A stretch of 64,000 nt of DNA. Origin: an uncultured delta proteobacterium. GTDB lineage: Bacteria; Desulfobacterota; Binatia; HRBIN30; BPIQ01. A program made the position numbers and the translations under genes. Of the stretch, positions 1 to 8,892 are shown in pieces; position 1 is the stretch's first letter, and every line of letters starts with the position of its first letter. The notes below the pieces were generated by a model. That model searched no databases. It saw nothing but the letters and a program-made list of their open reading frames with translations, and was not told where the DNA came from. The stretch lies in the NCBI GenBank assembly GCA_963761335.1, contig CAVXGR010000021.1, positions 192,001-256,000 of the forward strand, read 5' to 3'.

Positions 1-273
1 GGCTCGGCGAATCGCGACGAGAGTGTCTTCGAGTCGCCCGATCTCTACGACATCGGGCGCGATGCCAGTGCCCACCTCGCCTTCGGCAAGGGCACCCACT
101 TCTGTCTGGGCGCTTCGCTGGCGCGCCTCGAGGCGCGCGTGGCGCTCGAGGAGTTTCAGCGGCGCATCCCCGACTTCGAGATCGATCCCGCCGGGCTGGT
201 TCGGGTTCACTCGCCCAACGTGCGCGGCTTTGCGTCCATGCCGATCGAGTTCTCTGCCTCGAGGCCCGGGTAG
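1..273 (+). CDS. Cytochrome P450, C-terminal fragment (5' end outside the window)
   Basis: Frame 1 reads GSANRDESVF...HLAFGKGTHFCLGASLARLE..., the FxxGxHxCxG heme-thiolate motif; TAG at 271-273. Not in the ORF track. Confidence 0.93.
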   Translation, partial: GSANRDESVFESPDLYDIGRDASAHLAFGKGTHFCLGASLARLEARVALEEFQRRIPDFEIDPAGLVRVHSPNVRGFASMPIEFSASRPG

Positions 274-275
274 CG

Positions 276-344
276 GGGGACAGGCTACTTTGCCAGTCGG
301 ACGGTCGCGCGAGCAACGGCCTCGCCGGCATGTTGCCTGTCCCC
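276..344. repeat. Short inverted repeat between convergent genes (possible bidirectional terminator or REP-like element)
   Basis: GGGGACAGGC (276-285) and GCCTGTCCCC (335-344). Confidence 0.45.
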
Positions 345-351
345 AGGCCGC

Positions 352-1173
352 TCAGCGGATGACGCCTTCCTGGGCGACGGAGGCGATGCGGGTACCGTCG
401 CGGCTGTACATGGCGCCGTGGACGAGGGCGCGGCCGGCGTGGGCGGCGGGGCTCTGGCTGACGTAGAGGATCCAGTCGTCGAAGCGCGCCGGGCGGTGCA
501 GCCACACGGCGTGATCGAGGCTGGCGCCCATGCGGCGATTCCAGGTGAGGGCGTGCGGGCGCCCGCCGGTGCTCAGCAGGGTGCGGTCGGAGGCGAAGAC
601 GAGCATCGCCACGTGGAGCAGCGGGTCCTCGGGCATGTGGCCGCGCGGGCGCAGCCAGATGCGGCGGTAGGCGGGCTGCGGCTTGGCCGGCTCGGCGACC
701 TCGGCGTCGCAGTCGCGCACCTCGAGCGGGCCATCGGGGCGCCGCGCCCCCTCGCCGAGGACCGCGGCGCGCACCTCTTCCCAGTCGAGCGCGCCGGTGG
801 GCGGCGGCGCCGCCGGCATTGGCTCCTGATGCGCGATGCCTTCCTCGGGCAGGGCAAAGCTGGCGAGCATGCTGAAGATCACCGCGCCGCCCTGTACGGC
901 ATCGACGCGCCGCGCCGCGAAGGTGCGGCCGTCGCGCAGGCGCTCGACCCGGTATTCGATCGGCTGCAGATGGTGGCCGCCGCGCAGGAAGTAGGCGTGC
1001 AGCGAGTGCAGCCGGCGCTCGGCGGCGGTGCGCGCCGCCGCCACCGCTGCCTGGGCGGCGACGAAGCCGCCGAACAGACGCCCTTCTCCTTTGCCCGACT
1101 GTCCGCAGAAGCGGTCGCCGCCGAGCGCCTCGAGGTCGAGGCGGCGCAGCAGGCGGTCGAGCGGCGTATCCAT
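352..1173 (-). CDS. tesB: Acyl-CoA thioesterase II (TesB family)
   Basis: RLFGGFVAAQA, HSLHAYFLRGG, RDGRTF, ASLDHAVWLH and SVAQEGVIR motifs; start placed at MDTPLDRLL. Confidence 0.9.
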   Translation of the reverse strand: MDTPLDRLLRRLDLEALGGDRFCGQSGKGEGRLFGGFVAAQAAVAAARTAAERRLHSLHAYFLRGGHHLQPIEYRVERLRDGRTFAARRVDAVQGGAVIFSMLASFALPEEGIAHQEPMPAAPPPTGALDWEEVRAAVLGEGARRPDGPLEVRDCDAEVAEPAKPQPAYRRIWLRPRGHMPEDPLLHVAMLVFASDRTLLSTGGRPHALTWNRRMGASLDHAVWLHRPARFDDWILYVSQSPAAHAGRALVHGAMYSRDGTRIASVAQEGVIR

Positions 1174-1226
1174 CGGCGCCGAGGATAGAGGGAAAGCGCG
1201 GCGCGAAAAAGCGCCGCCGCCGCCCC

Positions 1227-1269
1227 TTGCACGGCGCCTCGCTCCTCTATATGAACAAATGTTAGTTAA
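1227..1269 (+). promoter_or_regulatory. Candidate sigma70 promoter with overlapping palindromic operator
   Basis: TTGCAC (1227-1232), 17 nt, TATGAA; AT-rich palindrome AACA-AA-TGTT overlaps and follows the -10, in the divergent tesB/amidohydrolase gap. Confidence 0.35.
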
Positions 1270-1309
1270 TGCCGGACGACAGCCGCCGGACGCGCAGGGG
1301 AGGGTAGTG

Positions 1310-2431
1310 ATGTCACGCCAGTACAGACTGATTTCCGCTGATTCGCACATTCTCGAGCCGCCGCACCTGTGGGTCGAGTACATGCCGAAGAAGTTTCACG
1401 ATAAGTGCCCGAAGGTCGTGCCCGACGGCGATGGCGGTGAGGCCTGGCAGTTCGCTCCGGGCATTTCTCCGGCGCCGATCGGCATCTACGCTTCGGCCGG
1501 CCGCAAGCACGAGGAGGTGCGCTGGACGGGGGTCACCTTCGCCGCGGCCAACCAGGGCAACTTCAAGGCGGCGCCGCGCCTCGCCGAGCAGGACATCGAC
1601 GGCGTCGACGCCGAGGTGCTCTTCGGCTCGGCGCGCATGATGAGCCACTTCTTCTCCGACCCCGACCCCGAGTTCCACCTCGCCGGCGTGCAGGCGTACA
1701 ACAACTGGCTCGCCCAGGAGTTCGTCCGGGTCGCCCCCGACCGCCTGATCGGCCTCGCCGCCATGCCGGCCCTCGGTGTCGACGCCTGCATCCGCGAGAT
1801 GGAGCGCTGCCTGAAGCTCGGCATGCGCGGCGTCTGGCTCAACACCATGCCCAGCGTCGGCTCGGCCATTCGCTCCGAGGACGATGCCTTCTGGGAGGCG
1901 GCGCAGGCGAACCAGGCGCCGGTGCACTTCCACGTCCGCGTCATGCGGCAGATCCAGAAGCCCAAGCCCAAGGGCGTGCGCGGCGACGATCTCACCGGGC
2001 TCGCTACCGTCGGCGCCTCCAGCATGATCGTCGACATGCCGGAGATTATCAGCTCGGGCGTACACGACCGCTTCCCCGAGCTGATCTGGGTGGCGGTGGA
2101 GACCGGCTCCGGCTGGATTCCCTATATCCTTGAGCAGATGGACGATCGCTGGTGGCGCAATCGCTGGTGGCTGCCGGTGAAGCTGCAGCACGAGCCGAGC
2201 TTCTATTTTCGCCGCAACTGGCGCACCGCCTTCATGATCGACAACTACGCCGTGCAAAACCGCCACGTTCTCGGCGTCGACAACCTGATGTGGTCGACCG
2301 ACTATCCGCACCACGGCTGCGACTGGCCGGAGACCCGGCGCGTCGTCGACGACATGTTTCGCGGCGTGGCGGCAGAGGAGCGCGAGAAGATGTGCGCCCT
2401 CAACGCGGCGCGATTGTACAAGCTGGTATGA
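1310..2431 (+). CDS. Amidohydrolase_2 family metal-dependent hydrolase
   Basis: ISADSH (metal-binding DxH), PVHFH, VETGSGW, MWSTDYPH and NAARLY motifs; GGGGAGGG upstream of ATG 1310. Confidence 0.88.
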   Translation: MSRQYRLISADSHILEPPHLWVEYMPKKFHDKCPKVVPDGDGGEAWQFAPGISPAPIGIYASAGRKHEEVRWTGVTFAAANQGNFKAAPRLAEQDIDGVDAEVLFGSARMMSHFFSDPDPEFHLAGVQAYNNWLAQEFVRVAPDRLIGLAAMPALGVDACIREMERCLKLGMRGVWLNTMPSVGSAIRSEDDAFWEAAQANQAPVHFHVRVMRQIQKPKPKGVRGDDLTGLATVGASSMIVDMPEIISSGVHDRFPELIWVAVETGSGWIPYILEQMDDRWWRNRWWLPVKLQHEPSFYFRRNWRTAFMIDNYAVQNRHVLGVDNLMWSTDYPHHGCDWPETRRVVDDMFRGVAAEEREKMCALNAARLYKLV

Positions 2432-2464
2432 GCGGCCGGGGGGCGAGGCTCGCGCTCCGTGATC

Positions 2465-5400
2465 TCAGCACGTCCCATCGTGAGATTTCGAGACTCCCGC
2501 ATCTTGCCGGGCACAGTCACTGTTGTATGTGACGCCGTCGCAGCCGCACACGGGTGCGAACACCTGAACACAGAATACCGGTTTCTCCACGCATGTGCCG
2601 AAGAGGTCGTTGGCTGCGCACATTCCCGGCGGAAGCTCGCAGAACGCGTCGGCTGGACAGACGATGCCCGCGAAGCCGCCACACACCTGCGGGAAGATCG
2701 CCCCGGTGAGCGCCGGGAAGTCGTCGGCATTCACCTCGCCGTCCTGGTTGGCGTCGGCCAGCCGACAGGGGAACTGGGTGCCGGTGACGATCGAGAGGAC
2801 CAGGGCCGTCTCGTCTGCCGCCGTGATCCGGCCGTCGCAGTTGGCATCGCCGGGCCCTGCGGGAGTGACCGTCGGGGTCGGAGTGGGCGTCGCGGTGGGC
2901 GGCGGCGTGCCCGTCGCCGTGTGGCTCGGCTCGGGGGTCGCCCCCGTGGGTGTCTCCGTGAAAGCGGCCGTCGGCAGTGCCGTGGGAGCTTCTGTGGGGG
3001 TCTCCGTACCTCCGCCCACCACCAGCAGGCGGACGCTGCCCGGCCCGCTCTGCACCTCGAAGCTCAGGTTGCCGGGCAGCAGGTCGGCGTCGACGGCGGC
3101 GAAATCGCCCGTGTGCGCCGTGTAGGTCACCACGTCGAACACGTCCCCGGGCATGGGCGTGAAGCCGTCCCGCAGGCGGACCTGCAGGGTGCCGTCGAGG
3201 GCGGCGCCGTTGGAGACGGCGAGCCGGTCGTAGCCGGTGCCCGGCTCGGTGCCGCCGAGCTCGATGGCGAGTGTGCCGCCCGCCTGCTGGGTATAGTTGC
3301 TGACCGCCAGTGCGCCCAGCGGAAATCCCGGCTGCACCCGGCCGCCGTTTTGTACCGGCGCGGCGACGGCGCCGACGCCGTCGAGCTCGCCGCCGAGGAT
3401 CTGCACGTCCTCGACGGACGCGAGGGTACCGCCGTCGACGCGCGTCACCCCGGCGGTCTGCACATAGGTGTCGGTGAAACGCAGCATGCCGGAGAGAGCC
3501 TCGACCGTGCCGGTATTGGTGAAGCCGACGCCCTGGAAGACCGTCTCGCCGGAGTTGCCGGCCGTCTTGCGGAAGGTGCCGTCGTTGACGAAGGCTCCCG
3601 GGCCCTGGAAGAAGCCCTGATTGTTGAAGAGGCCCTGATCGTCACTGGTCTCGAAGGTGCCGTTGTTCTTGAAGACGGCGTCGCCGCTCATGTCGATGAA
3701 GCTCGGCCCGCTCATCACCGCCATGCCGCCGTTCAGGTTGACCGTTCGCTGATCGAGCGTCTTGGCGCTGCCACTCAGATCCATGCTGCCCTCGGCGTTC
3801 AGCGTGCCGCTGCCGCTCATGGCGCCGGCGGTCCAGGTGACCGTCCCGGTCACCGTGATCGTGTCGGAGCCGGTGAGCGTGCCGCCGCTCTGCCGCAGCG
3901 AGGTCGCGGTGACCGCTTGCCCGCTGCTGAAATCGGCCTGGCCTCCGGCGACCACCAGGGCGCCGACCTGGCTTGGGGCGCCGCTGAAGCTCACCTCCGC
4001 CCCGGAGACGTTGGTCTCTCCGGAGACCGCATAGGTGCCGCCGATCTGAGAAGTGCCGTTGAGGAACAGCACTGCTCCGGCGCCGCTGACGCTCGAGCTC
4101 GCCTGCAGAACCTGGCTGCCTCCGAGCCGCAGAAGGCCGCCCGCCGATATCGCGAACGATCCGTTGGCGATACCGCCGGCGTCGAGGCGCAGGGTTCCGG
4201 AGAGCACCTCGACCGAGCCGAGGTTGTTGAACACCACGCCGCTGACCACGGTTTCGCCGGTGTTGCCGGCGGTCTTTCGGAAGGTACCGAAGTTGTTGAA
4301 CATGCCCGGGCCGGTGAAGAAGCCCTGGTTGTTGAACGAGCCCTGATCGTCGCTCGCCTCGACGGTGGCGTGGTTGTTGAAAATGGCGCCGTCGGTCATG
4401 TCGATGAAGCTGAGACCGCTCATGACCGCCGTGCCGGCGTCGAGGTCGAGAGCCCGCTGGCGGAGGGTCTTGGCGCTGCCGCTGAGAATCATCCCCCCCT
4501 GGGCGACGGTGTCGCCGCTGCCGCTCATGGTGCCACCCGTCCAGAAGAGCGTGTCGCCGACCTCTACCGTGTCGGAGCCGGTGAGCTCGCCGCCGCTCTG
4601 GATCATGGTGTCGGTCTGGATGGTCTTGCCGCTGCTGAAGTTGGCGATGCCGCCGCCGATGACCAGAGAGCCGACGGCGGTGATTGCGCCGGTGTAGTTG
4701 GCGGTGCCATTCGACGTGCGCGTCGTCCCGGTGATGGCGTAGTCGCCGAGGAAGTCGGCGGTGCCGCTGAGAACCCGCACGGTGCCGTCGCCGGTGACGC
4801 TGGATGCCGCCTGGAAGACCTGCACGCCGCCGAGCTCCAGTGTCCCCGCGACGCTGAAACCGCCGCTCGAGGTGCCGCCGCCGGCAAGCCGCAGGGTTCC
4901 GGAGAGGACCTCGACGGTGCCGCTGTTGTCGAAGGTGACGCCGTCGAAGACGGTCTCGCCGGAGTTGCCGAGCGTCTTGCGGAACGTGCCGGTGTTGTGG
5001 AACGAGCCCTCGCCGAAGAAGCCCTGGTTGTTCTGCAGGCCCTGGTCGTTGGTCGCCTCGAAGGTCGCGTCGTTGTTGAACACGGCGCCCGCGGACATGG
5101 TGATGAAGCTCGGCCCCTTCATGGTCGCCGTGCCGCCCTCCAGGTTGACGGTGCGCTGCGCGAGGCTCTTGGCGCTGCCGCCGAGGTCCATGCCGCCTTC
5201 GACGTCGATGGCGCCGCTGCCGCTGATGGTGCCGAAGAACCAGGTCATCAAGCCGTTGACGGTCAGCGTGCCGGGCCCGGTGATCGTGCCGCCCGTCATC
5301 GTCAAGGCACCGACCGTGGCGTCGGCGGTGAGCACGGCGGTGTTGCCGGTGACGATGGCGACGTCGTCCGTGCCGGGTACACCGGCCGGCTGCCAGTTAC

Positions 5401-5524
5401 CGGCGTCGAACCAGTCGGTGGAAACGGCGGCGGTGAAGGATTTGTTCGCCGACCAGGCGAGCGGAACGGGTATCGCCACGGACAGGGCCGCGATCCACAG
5501 CAGGCAAAGACCTCGCTTCCGCAT
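2465..5524 (-). CDS. Large secreted repeat protein: three ~235-aa Gly/Thr-rich beta-solenoid-like repeats, Pro/Thr linker, dockerin-like EF-hand pair, C-terminal Kazal-like domain
   Basis: Signal peptide; NNQGFF...GTFRKT.GN.GETV block recurs at 702 and 708 bp spacing; GDANCDGRITAAD and ADANQDGEVNADD; PVCGCDGVTYNSDCA. Confidence 0.8.
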   Translation of the reverse strand: MRKRGLCLLWIAALSVAIPVPLAWSANKSFTAAVSTDWFDAGNWQPAGVPGTDDVAIVTGNTAVLTADATVGALTMTGGTITGPGTLTVNGLMTWFFGTISGSGAIDVEGGMDLGGSAKSLAQRTVNLEGGTATMKGPSFITMSAGAVFNNDATFEATNDQGLQNNQGFFGEGSFHNTGTFRKTLGNSGETVFDGVTFDNSGTVEVLSGTLRLAGGGTSSGGFSVAGTLELGGVQVFQAASSVTGDGTVRVLSGTADFLGDYAITGTTRTSNGTANYTGAITAVGSLVIGGGIANFSSGKTIQTDTMIQSGGELTGSDTVEVGDTLFWTGGTMSGSGDTVAQGGMILSGSAKTLRQRALDLDAGTAVMSGLSFIDMTDGAIFNNHATVEASDDQGSFNNQGFFTGPGMFNNFGTFRKTAGNTGETVVSGVVFNNLGSVEVLSGTLRLDAGGIANGSFAISAGGLLRLGGSQVLQASSSVSGAGAVLFLNGTSQIGGTYAVSGETNVSGAEVSFSGAPSQVGALVVAGGQADFSSGQAVTATSLRQSGGTLTGSDTITVTGTVTWTAGAMSGSGTLNAEGSMDLSGSAKTLDQRTVNLNGGMAVMSGPSFIDMSGDAVFKNNGTFETSDDQGLFNNQGFFQGPGAFVNDGTFRKTAGNSGETVFQGVGFTNTGTVEALSGMLRFTDTYVQTAGVTRVDGGTLASVEDVQILGGELDGVGAVAAPVQNGGRVQPGFPLGALAVSNYTQQAGGTLAIELGGTEPGTGYDRLAVSNGAALDGTLQVRLRDGFTPMPGDVFDVVTYTAHTGDFAAVDADLLPGNLSFEVQSGPGSVRLLVVGGGTETPTEAPTALPTAAFTETPTGATPEPSHTATGTPPPTATPTPTPTVTPAGPGDANCDGRITAADETALVLSIVTGTQFPCRLADANQDGEVNADDFPALTGAIFPQVCGGFAGIVCPADAFCELPPGMCAANDLFGTCVEKPVFCVQVFAPVCGCDGVTYNSDCARQDAGVSKSHDGTC

Positions 5525-5676
5525 CGGACACCGCCTTTCCGCCGCCGCCCCGGCCGGCGGACGAGAGTCGGTTTATTCCCAGCGCGGCGAGATTGTCAAC
5601 GCGCTTTTCACGGTGGCGTTTTTCGAATTTACTTCCCGGCGGCGTCGGGTGTAGGGTCGCACGGGATGGAGGCCTC

Positions 5677-7143
5677 ATGACGAACGCCTACCAGCGACTT
5701 TCCGGACAGGACAGCTCCTTCCTCGTTTTCGAGGGACCGACCACCCACATGCACGTCGGCGGCGTGGCGATCTTCGACGCGAAGCCGCTGCGCACCGCCG
5801 CGGGCGGCGTCGACATCGGCCGCATTGCCGCCTACATCGAGTCGCGCCTGGCCTGGATCCCGCGCTACCGCCAGCGCCTGGCGTTCACTCCCCTCGAGAA
5901 CGCGCCGGTGTGGGTCGACGACGCGCATTTCAATCTGCGCTACCACCTGCGTCACACGAGCCTGCCGCGGCCGGGTGATGAGGCGCAGCTCAAGCTTCTG
6001 GCGGCTCGCATCATGTCCCAGCAGCTCGACCGCGGAAAACCCCTGTGGGAGGCGTGGATCGTCGAGGGCCTCGAGGGCGATCGCTTCGCGCTGCTCAGCA
6101 AGGCGCATCACTGCATGGTGGACGGGATCGGCAGCGTCGACCTGATCACGGTGTTGCTGCGGCCGACTCCCGATACCGATTTCGAGGAGCCGCCTCCCTG
6201 GCGGCCGCGCCCGATGCCGGCGCAGCTCGAGCTCTTGCAGGACGCGGTGGCGCGACGGGCACGGGCGCCGCTCGAGCTCTGGCAGGGATTGCGCGGCGCT
6301 CTGGCCGACCCGCAGGAGTCGCGCACCTGGCTCGCCGAGCGTGTCTCGGCGGCCTGGAGCATGATCGGCGCCGGGCTGCGACCGCCGGCGGCGACACCGC
6401 TCAACCAGCCGATCGGCCCGCACCGGCGCTTCGACTGGCTGATGCTCGACCTTGCCGAGGTGAAGCGCGTCAAGAGCGTTCTCGGCGGCACGGTGAACGA
6501 CGTCGTGTTGGCCGTCGTCGCCGGGGCGCTGCGGCGTTTCCTGGGCGACCGCGGCGTCGACGTCGGTGCGATCGACTACCGCGTCGTGCTCCCGGTCAGC
6601 CGCCGCCCGGACGAAGATCGCGGCACCTTGGGCAACCGGGTATCCGCCTGGCTGACGTCGCTGCCGATCCAGGAGCGGGATCCGCGCCGGCGTCTCGAGA
6701 AGGTGTGCGCGATCACCGCGCAGCTGAAGGAGTCGAAGCAGGCGTTGGGCGCCGAGGCGCTGACCCAGGTGGGCGAGTGGGTCGGCACGGGAATCCTCAC
6801 CCTCGGTGTTCGCCTGGCGGCGCGGCTGCACCCCTACAACCTGATCGTCACCAACGTCCCCGGGCCGCAGTTCCCCTTCTATCTGCTCGGCGCCGAGATG
6901 GTCGCCGGCTATCCCGAGGTGCCGCTCTTCGACAACCAAGGGCTGGGCATCGCTCTGTTCAGCTATGCCGGCAAGCTGTGCTGGGGGTTCAACGCCGACT
7001 TCGACCTGCTGCCCGATCTCGCCGAGCTGGTGCGGCGGGTTGCCGAATCGTTCGACGAGTTGCGAGCCGCCGCGGCGCCGCCGCAGCGACACCCCGCCGC
7101 CGCCAAGTCGCGCCGCGCCCGCAAGAAGAGCAGCGCCGCTTGA
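5677..7143 (+). CDS. Wax ester synthase/diacylglycerol acyltransferase (WS/DGAT)
   Basis: Catalytic HHxxxDG (KAHHCMVDG), LDRGKPLWE, GGTVNDVVLA and VTNVPGP; GGAGG upstream of ATG 5677. Confidence 0.95.
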   Translation: MTNAYQRLSGQDSSFLVFEGPTTHMHVGGVAIFDAKPLRTAAGGVDIGRIAAYIESRLAWIPRYRQRLAFTPLENAPVWVDDAHFNLRYHLRHTSLPRPGDEAQLKLLAARIMSQQLDRGKPLWEAWIVEGLEGDRFALLSKAHHCMVDGIGSVDLITVLLRPTPDTDFEEPPPWRPRPMPAQLELLQDAVARRARAPLELWQGLRGALADPQESRTWLAERVSAAWSMIGAGLRPPAATPLNQPIGPHRRFDWLMLDLAEVKRVKSVLGGTVNDVVLAVVAGALRRFLGDRGVDVGAIDYRVVLPVSRRPDEDRGTLGNRVSAWLTSLPIQERDPRRRLEKVCAITAQLKESKQALGAEALTQVGEWVGTGILTLGVRLAARLHPYNLIVTNVPGPQFPFYLLGAEMVAGYPEVPLFDNQGLGIALFSYAGKLCWGFNADFDLLPDLAELVRRVAESFDELRAAAAPPQRHPAAAKSRRARKKSSAA

Positions 7144-7199
7144 AGTTTTCCGGATTTTCGAGCTGGCTTTGCCCAACGGGATGCGTGTTGGCTGCGGGC

Positions 7200-7283
7200 G
7201 GGTTGTTGGTTGTTGCGTTGTTCGGTTGTTAGGTCAGTTCACCCATTCTTGCCAACAACCAACAACGTAGCAACCTGACAACC
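7200..7283. repeat. Inverted array of degenerate 7-8-mers (GGTTGTTG-like / CAACAACC-like), family A copy 1
   Basis: ggttgttggttgttgcgttgttcggttgtt ... ccaacaaccaacaacgtagcaacctgacaacc between convergent genes. Confidence 0.6.
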
Positions 7284-7289
7284 TTCGGC

Positions 7290-8561
7290 TCACGCGGCGG
7301 CGCCGCTGGTGTCGGCCTGCCGCTGGCGGAGGTGGCGGCTGTAGATGAAGGCGAGGAAGCGCTCGACGCCGTGCACGGCGAAGGCGGTGCGCACCGACGG
7401 AAAGATCTCGAAGGCGTGCTGCGCGCCCGCGAGCTCGACGTAGACCACCGGCTCTCTCGATGCGCTGCGCAAGGCGCTGCAGAAGCGCCGCGCCTCCTCC
7501 ACCGGCACCAGGGTGTCGAGGTCGCCGTGGAGGACGAAGAAGGGCGGAGCGGCGGGATGCACGCGGCTCATCGGCGACGCCTTCTCATACGCCGCCGGCT
7601 GCTCGGCGATCGACGCCTTCATCACCCGCTTCTCGAGCAGCTCGGCGAGCCCCTGGTTGTGCCAGACGCCGTGGCGGTTGGTGAAGTCGTAGACGCCGTA
7701 GAAGGCGACGCATCCCTGCACCGAGGTATCGGTGTCCTCGAACCCCGGCTGGTACTCGGGGTCGTTGCTGGTCAGTGCCACCAGCGAGCCGAGGTGGCCG
7801 CCGGCGGAGCCGCCGGTGACCACGAGGAAGTCGGGATCGGCGCCGTGCTGCGCGCCCTCCGTGCGGATCCAACGAATCGCCTCCTTGAGGTCGATGAGCT
7901 GTTCCGGGAAGGTGGCGTGCGGGCTCAAGCGGTAGTCGACGCTGATACAGGTCCAACCGCGCGAGGCCATGTGCAGCATCAAGGGAATGCCCTGCTGGTT
8001 CTTGCTGCCCAGGACCCAGCCGCCGCCGTGGATCTGCATCAGTGTCGGCGAGCGCTCGGGGCGCCCGCGGTGACGGTACACGTCGAGCTTCAGGTTCAGA
8101 CCGGCGACCCGCCTGTAGACGATGTCACGCTGCCGCTCGACGTCGGGATGGCGCATGGGAAAGGGCATGAGGATCTGCTTCCAGTCGATCGACGGCGCGA
8201 AGCGGGCGCTGATGTCGGGGAGAATGCGCTCGCGGTAGTCCGTCCCGAGACCCTCCTCGAGGGCTCTCGCGACCAGCTCCTCGGAGGCGTGCCCACGCCA
8301 GTAGCAGCGCAGCAGGCCCACCCACGATAGCAGGGTGATCCCCAGCCCGATCCAGCCGGGCCAACTGCGCAGCGCTCCCGCCCAGATGAACAGCAGCGTC
8401 AGCGCCACCTGCCAGGCGATGTGGTGCAGAGCCAGCTCCGTGGTCAACCACCCCGCGAAAAAGCTCAGAACGGCGCTCGGCGCCGGAGCATAACGGGGCC
8501 GGTAGGCGTTGTAGGTGAAGCAGGCGCCGATCAGGCTGACGAAAAGAAAGAGCCAGGGCAT
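7290..8561 (-). CDS. Membrane-anchored alpha/beta hydrolase (HSL-family esterase/lipase)
   Basis: N-terminal hydrophobic helices; HGGGW oxyanion motif, GGSAGG nucleophile elbow, HGDLD and AQHAF. Confidence 0.9.
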   Translation of the reverse strand: MPWLFLFVSLIGACFTYNAYRPRYAPAPSAVLSFFAGWLTTELALHHIAWQVALTLLFIWAGALRSWPGWIGLGITLLSWVGLLRCYWRGHASEELVARALEEGLGTDYRERILPDISARFAPSIDWKQILMPFPMRHPDVERQRDIVYRRVAGLNLKLDVYRHRGRPERSPTLMQIHGGGWVLGSKNQQGIPLMLHMASRGWTCISVDYRLSPHATFPEQLIDLKEAIRWIRTEGAQHGADPDFLVVTGGSAGGHLGSLVALTSNDPEYQPGFEDTDTSVQGCVAFYGVYDFTNRHGVWHNQGLAELLEKRVMKASIAEQPAAYEKASPMSRVHPAAPPFFVLHGDLDTLVPVEEARRFCSALRSASREPVVYVELAGAQHAFEIFPSVRTAFAVHGVERFLAFIYSRHLRQRQADTSGAAA

Positions 8562-8586
8562 CTTCGCTTCCGCGGCGGCCGGGGCT

Positions 8587-8790
8587 TCAGTCCTTGGCGA
8601 CCATCACCGAGGTCGCCTTGACCACCGCCCGGGCGCTGTCGCCGACGGCGAGCTTCATCTGCTCGGCGGAGCCGCGGGTGATCACGGCCACCAGCTCCTG
8701 CCCGCCGATGTCGAGCACCACCTCGGCCATGACGTTGCCGAGCTTCACCGACTTCACCTTGCCTCTCAGTTGGTTCCGAGCACTCAGCAC
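8587..8790 (-). CDS. Molbindin (Mop/TOBE) molybdate/tungstate-binding protein
   Basis: 67 aa, LSARNQLRGKV...VITRGSAEQMKL...AVVKATSVMV; GTG start with GAGGAGG RBS. Lies at the end of shadow ORF 8587..9987. Confidence 0.9.
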   Translation of the reverse strand: MLSARNQLRGKVKSVKLGNVMAEVVLDIGGQELVAVITRGSAEQMKLAVGDSARAVVKATSVMVAKD

Positions 8791-8892
8791 GAAGCACCTC
8801 CTCGCATGGCGGCATCTTATCCGATGATGTCGTGCTGATGCGAGTTCCGTATCGATGGACTTTCTCAAAAGGCCTCGGATAAGCTCCCCTGC

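Noticed and set aside
2459..5680. Very long opposite-strand or alternate-frame ORFs (e.g. 2459..5680 +, 25478..28042 -, 31918..34590 -, 48384..51116 +)
   Set aside because: Shadow ORFs expected at this GC content; they lack motifs and overlap genes with clear family signatures.
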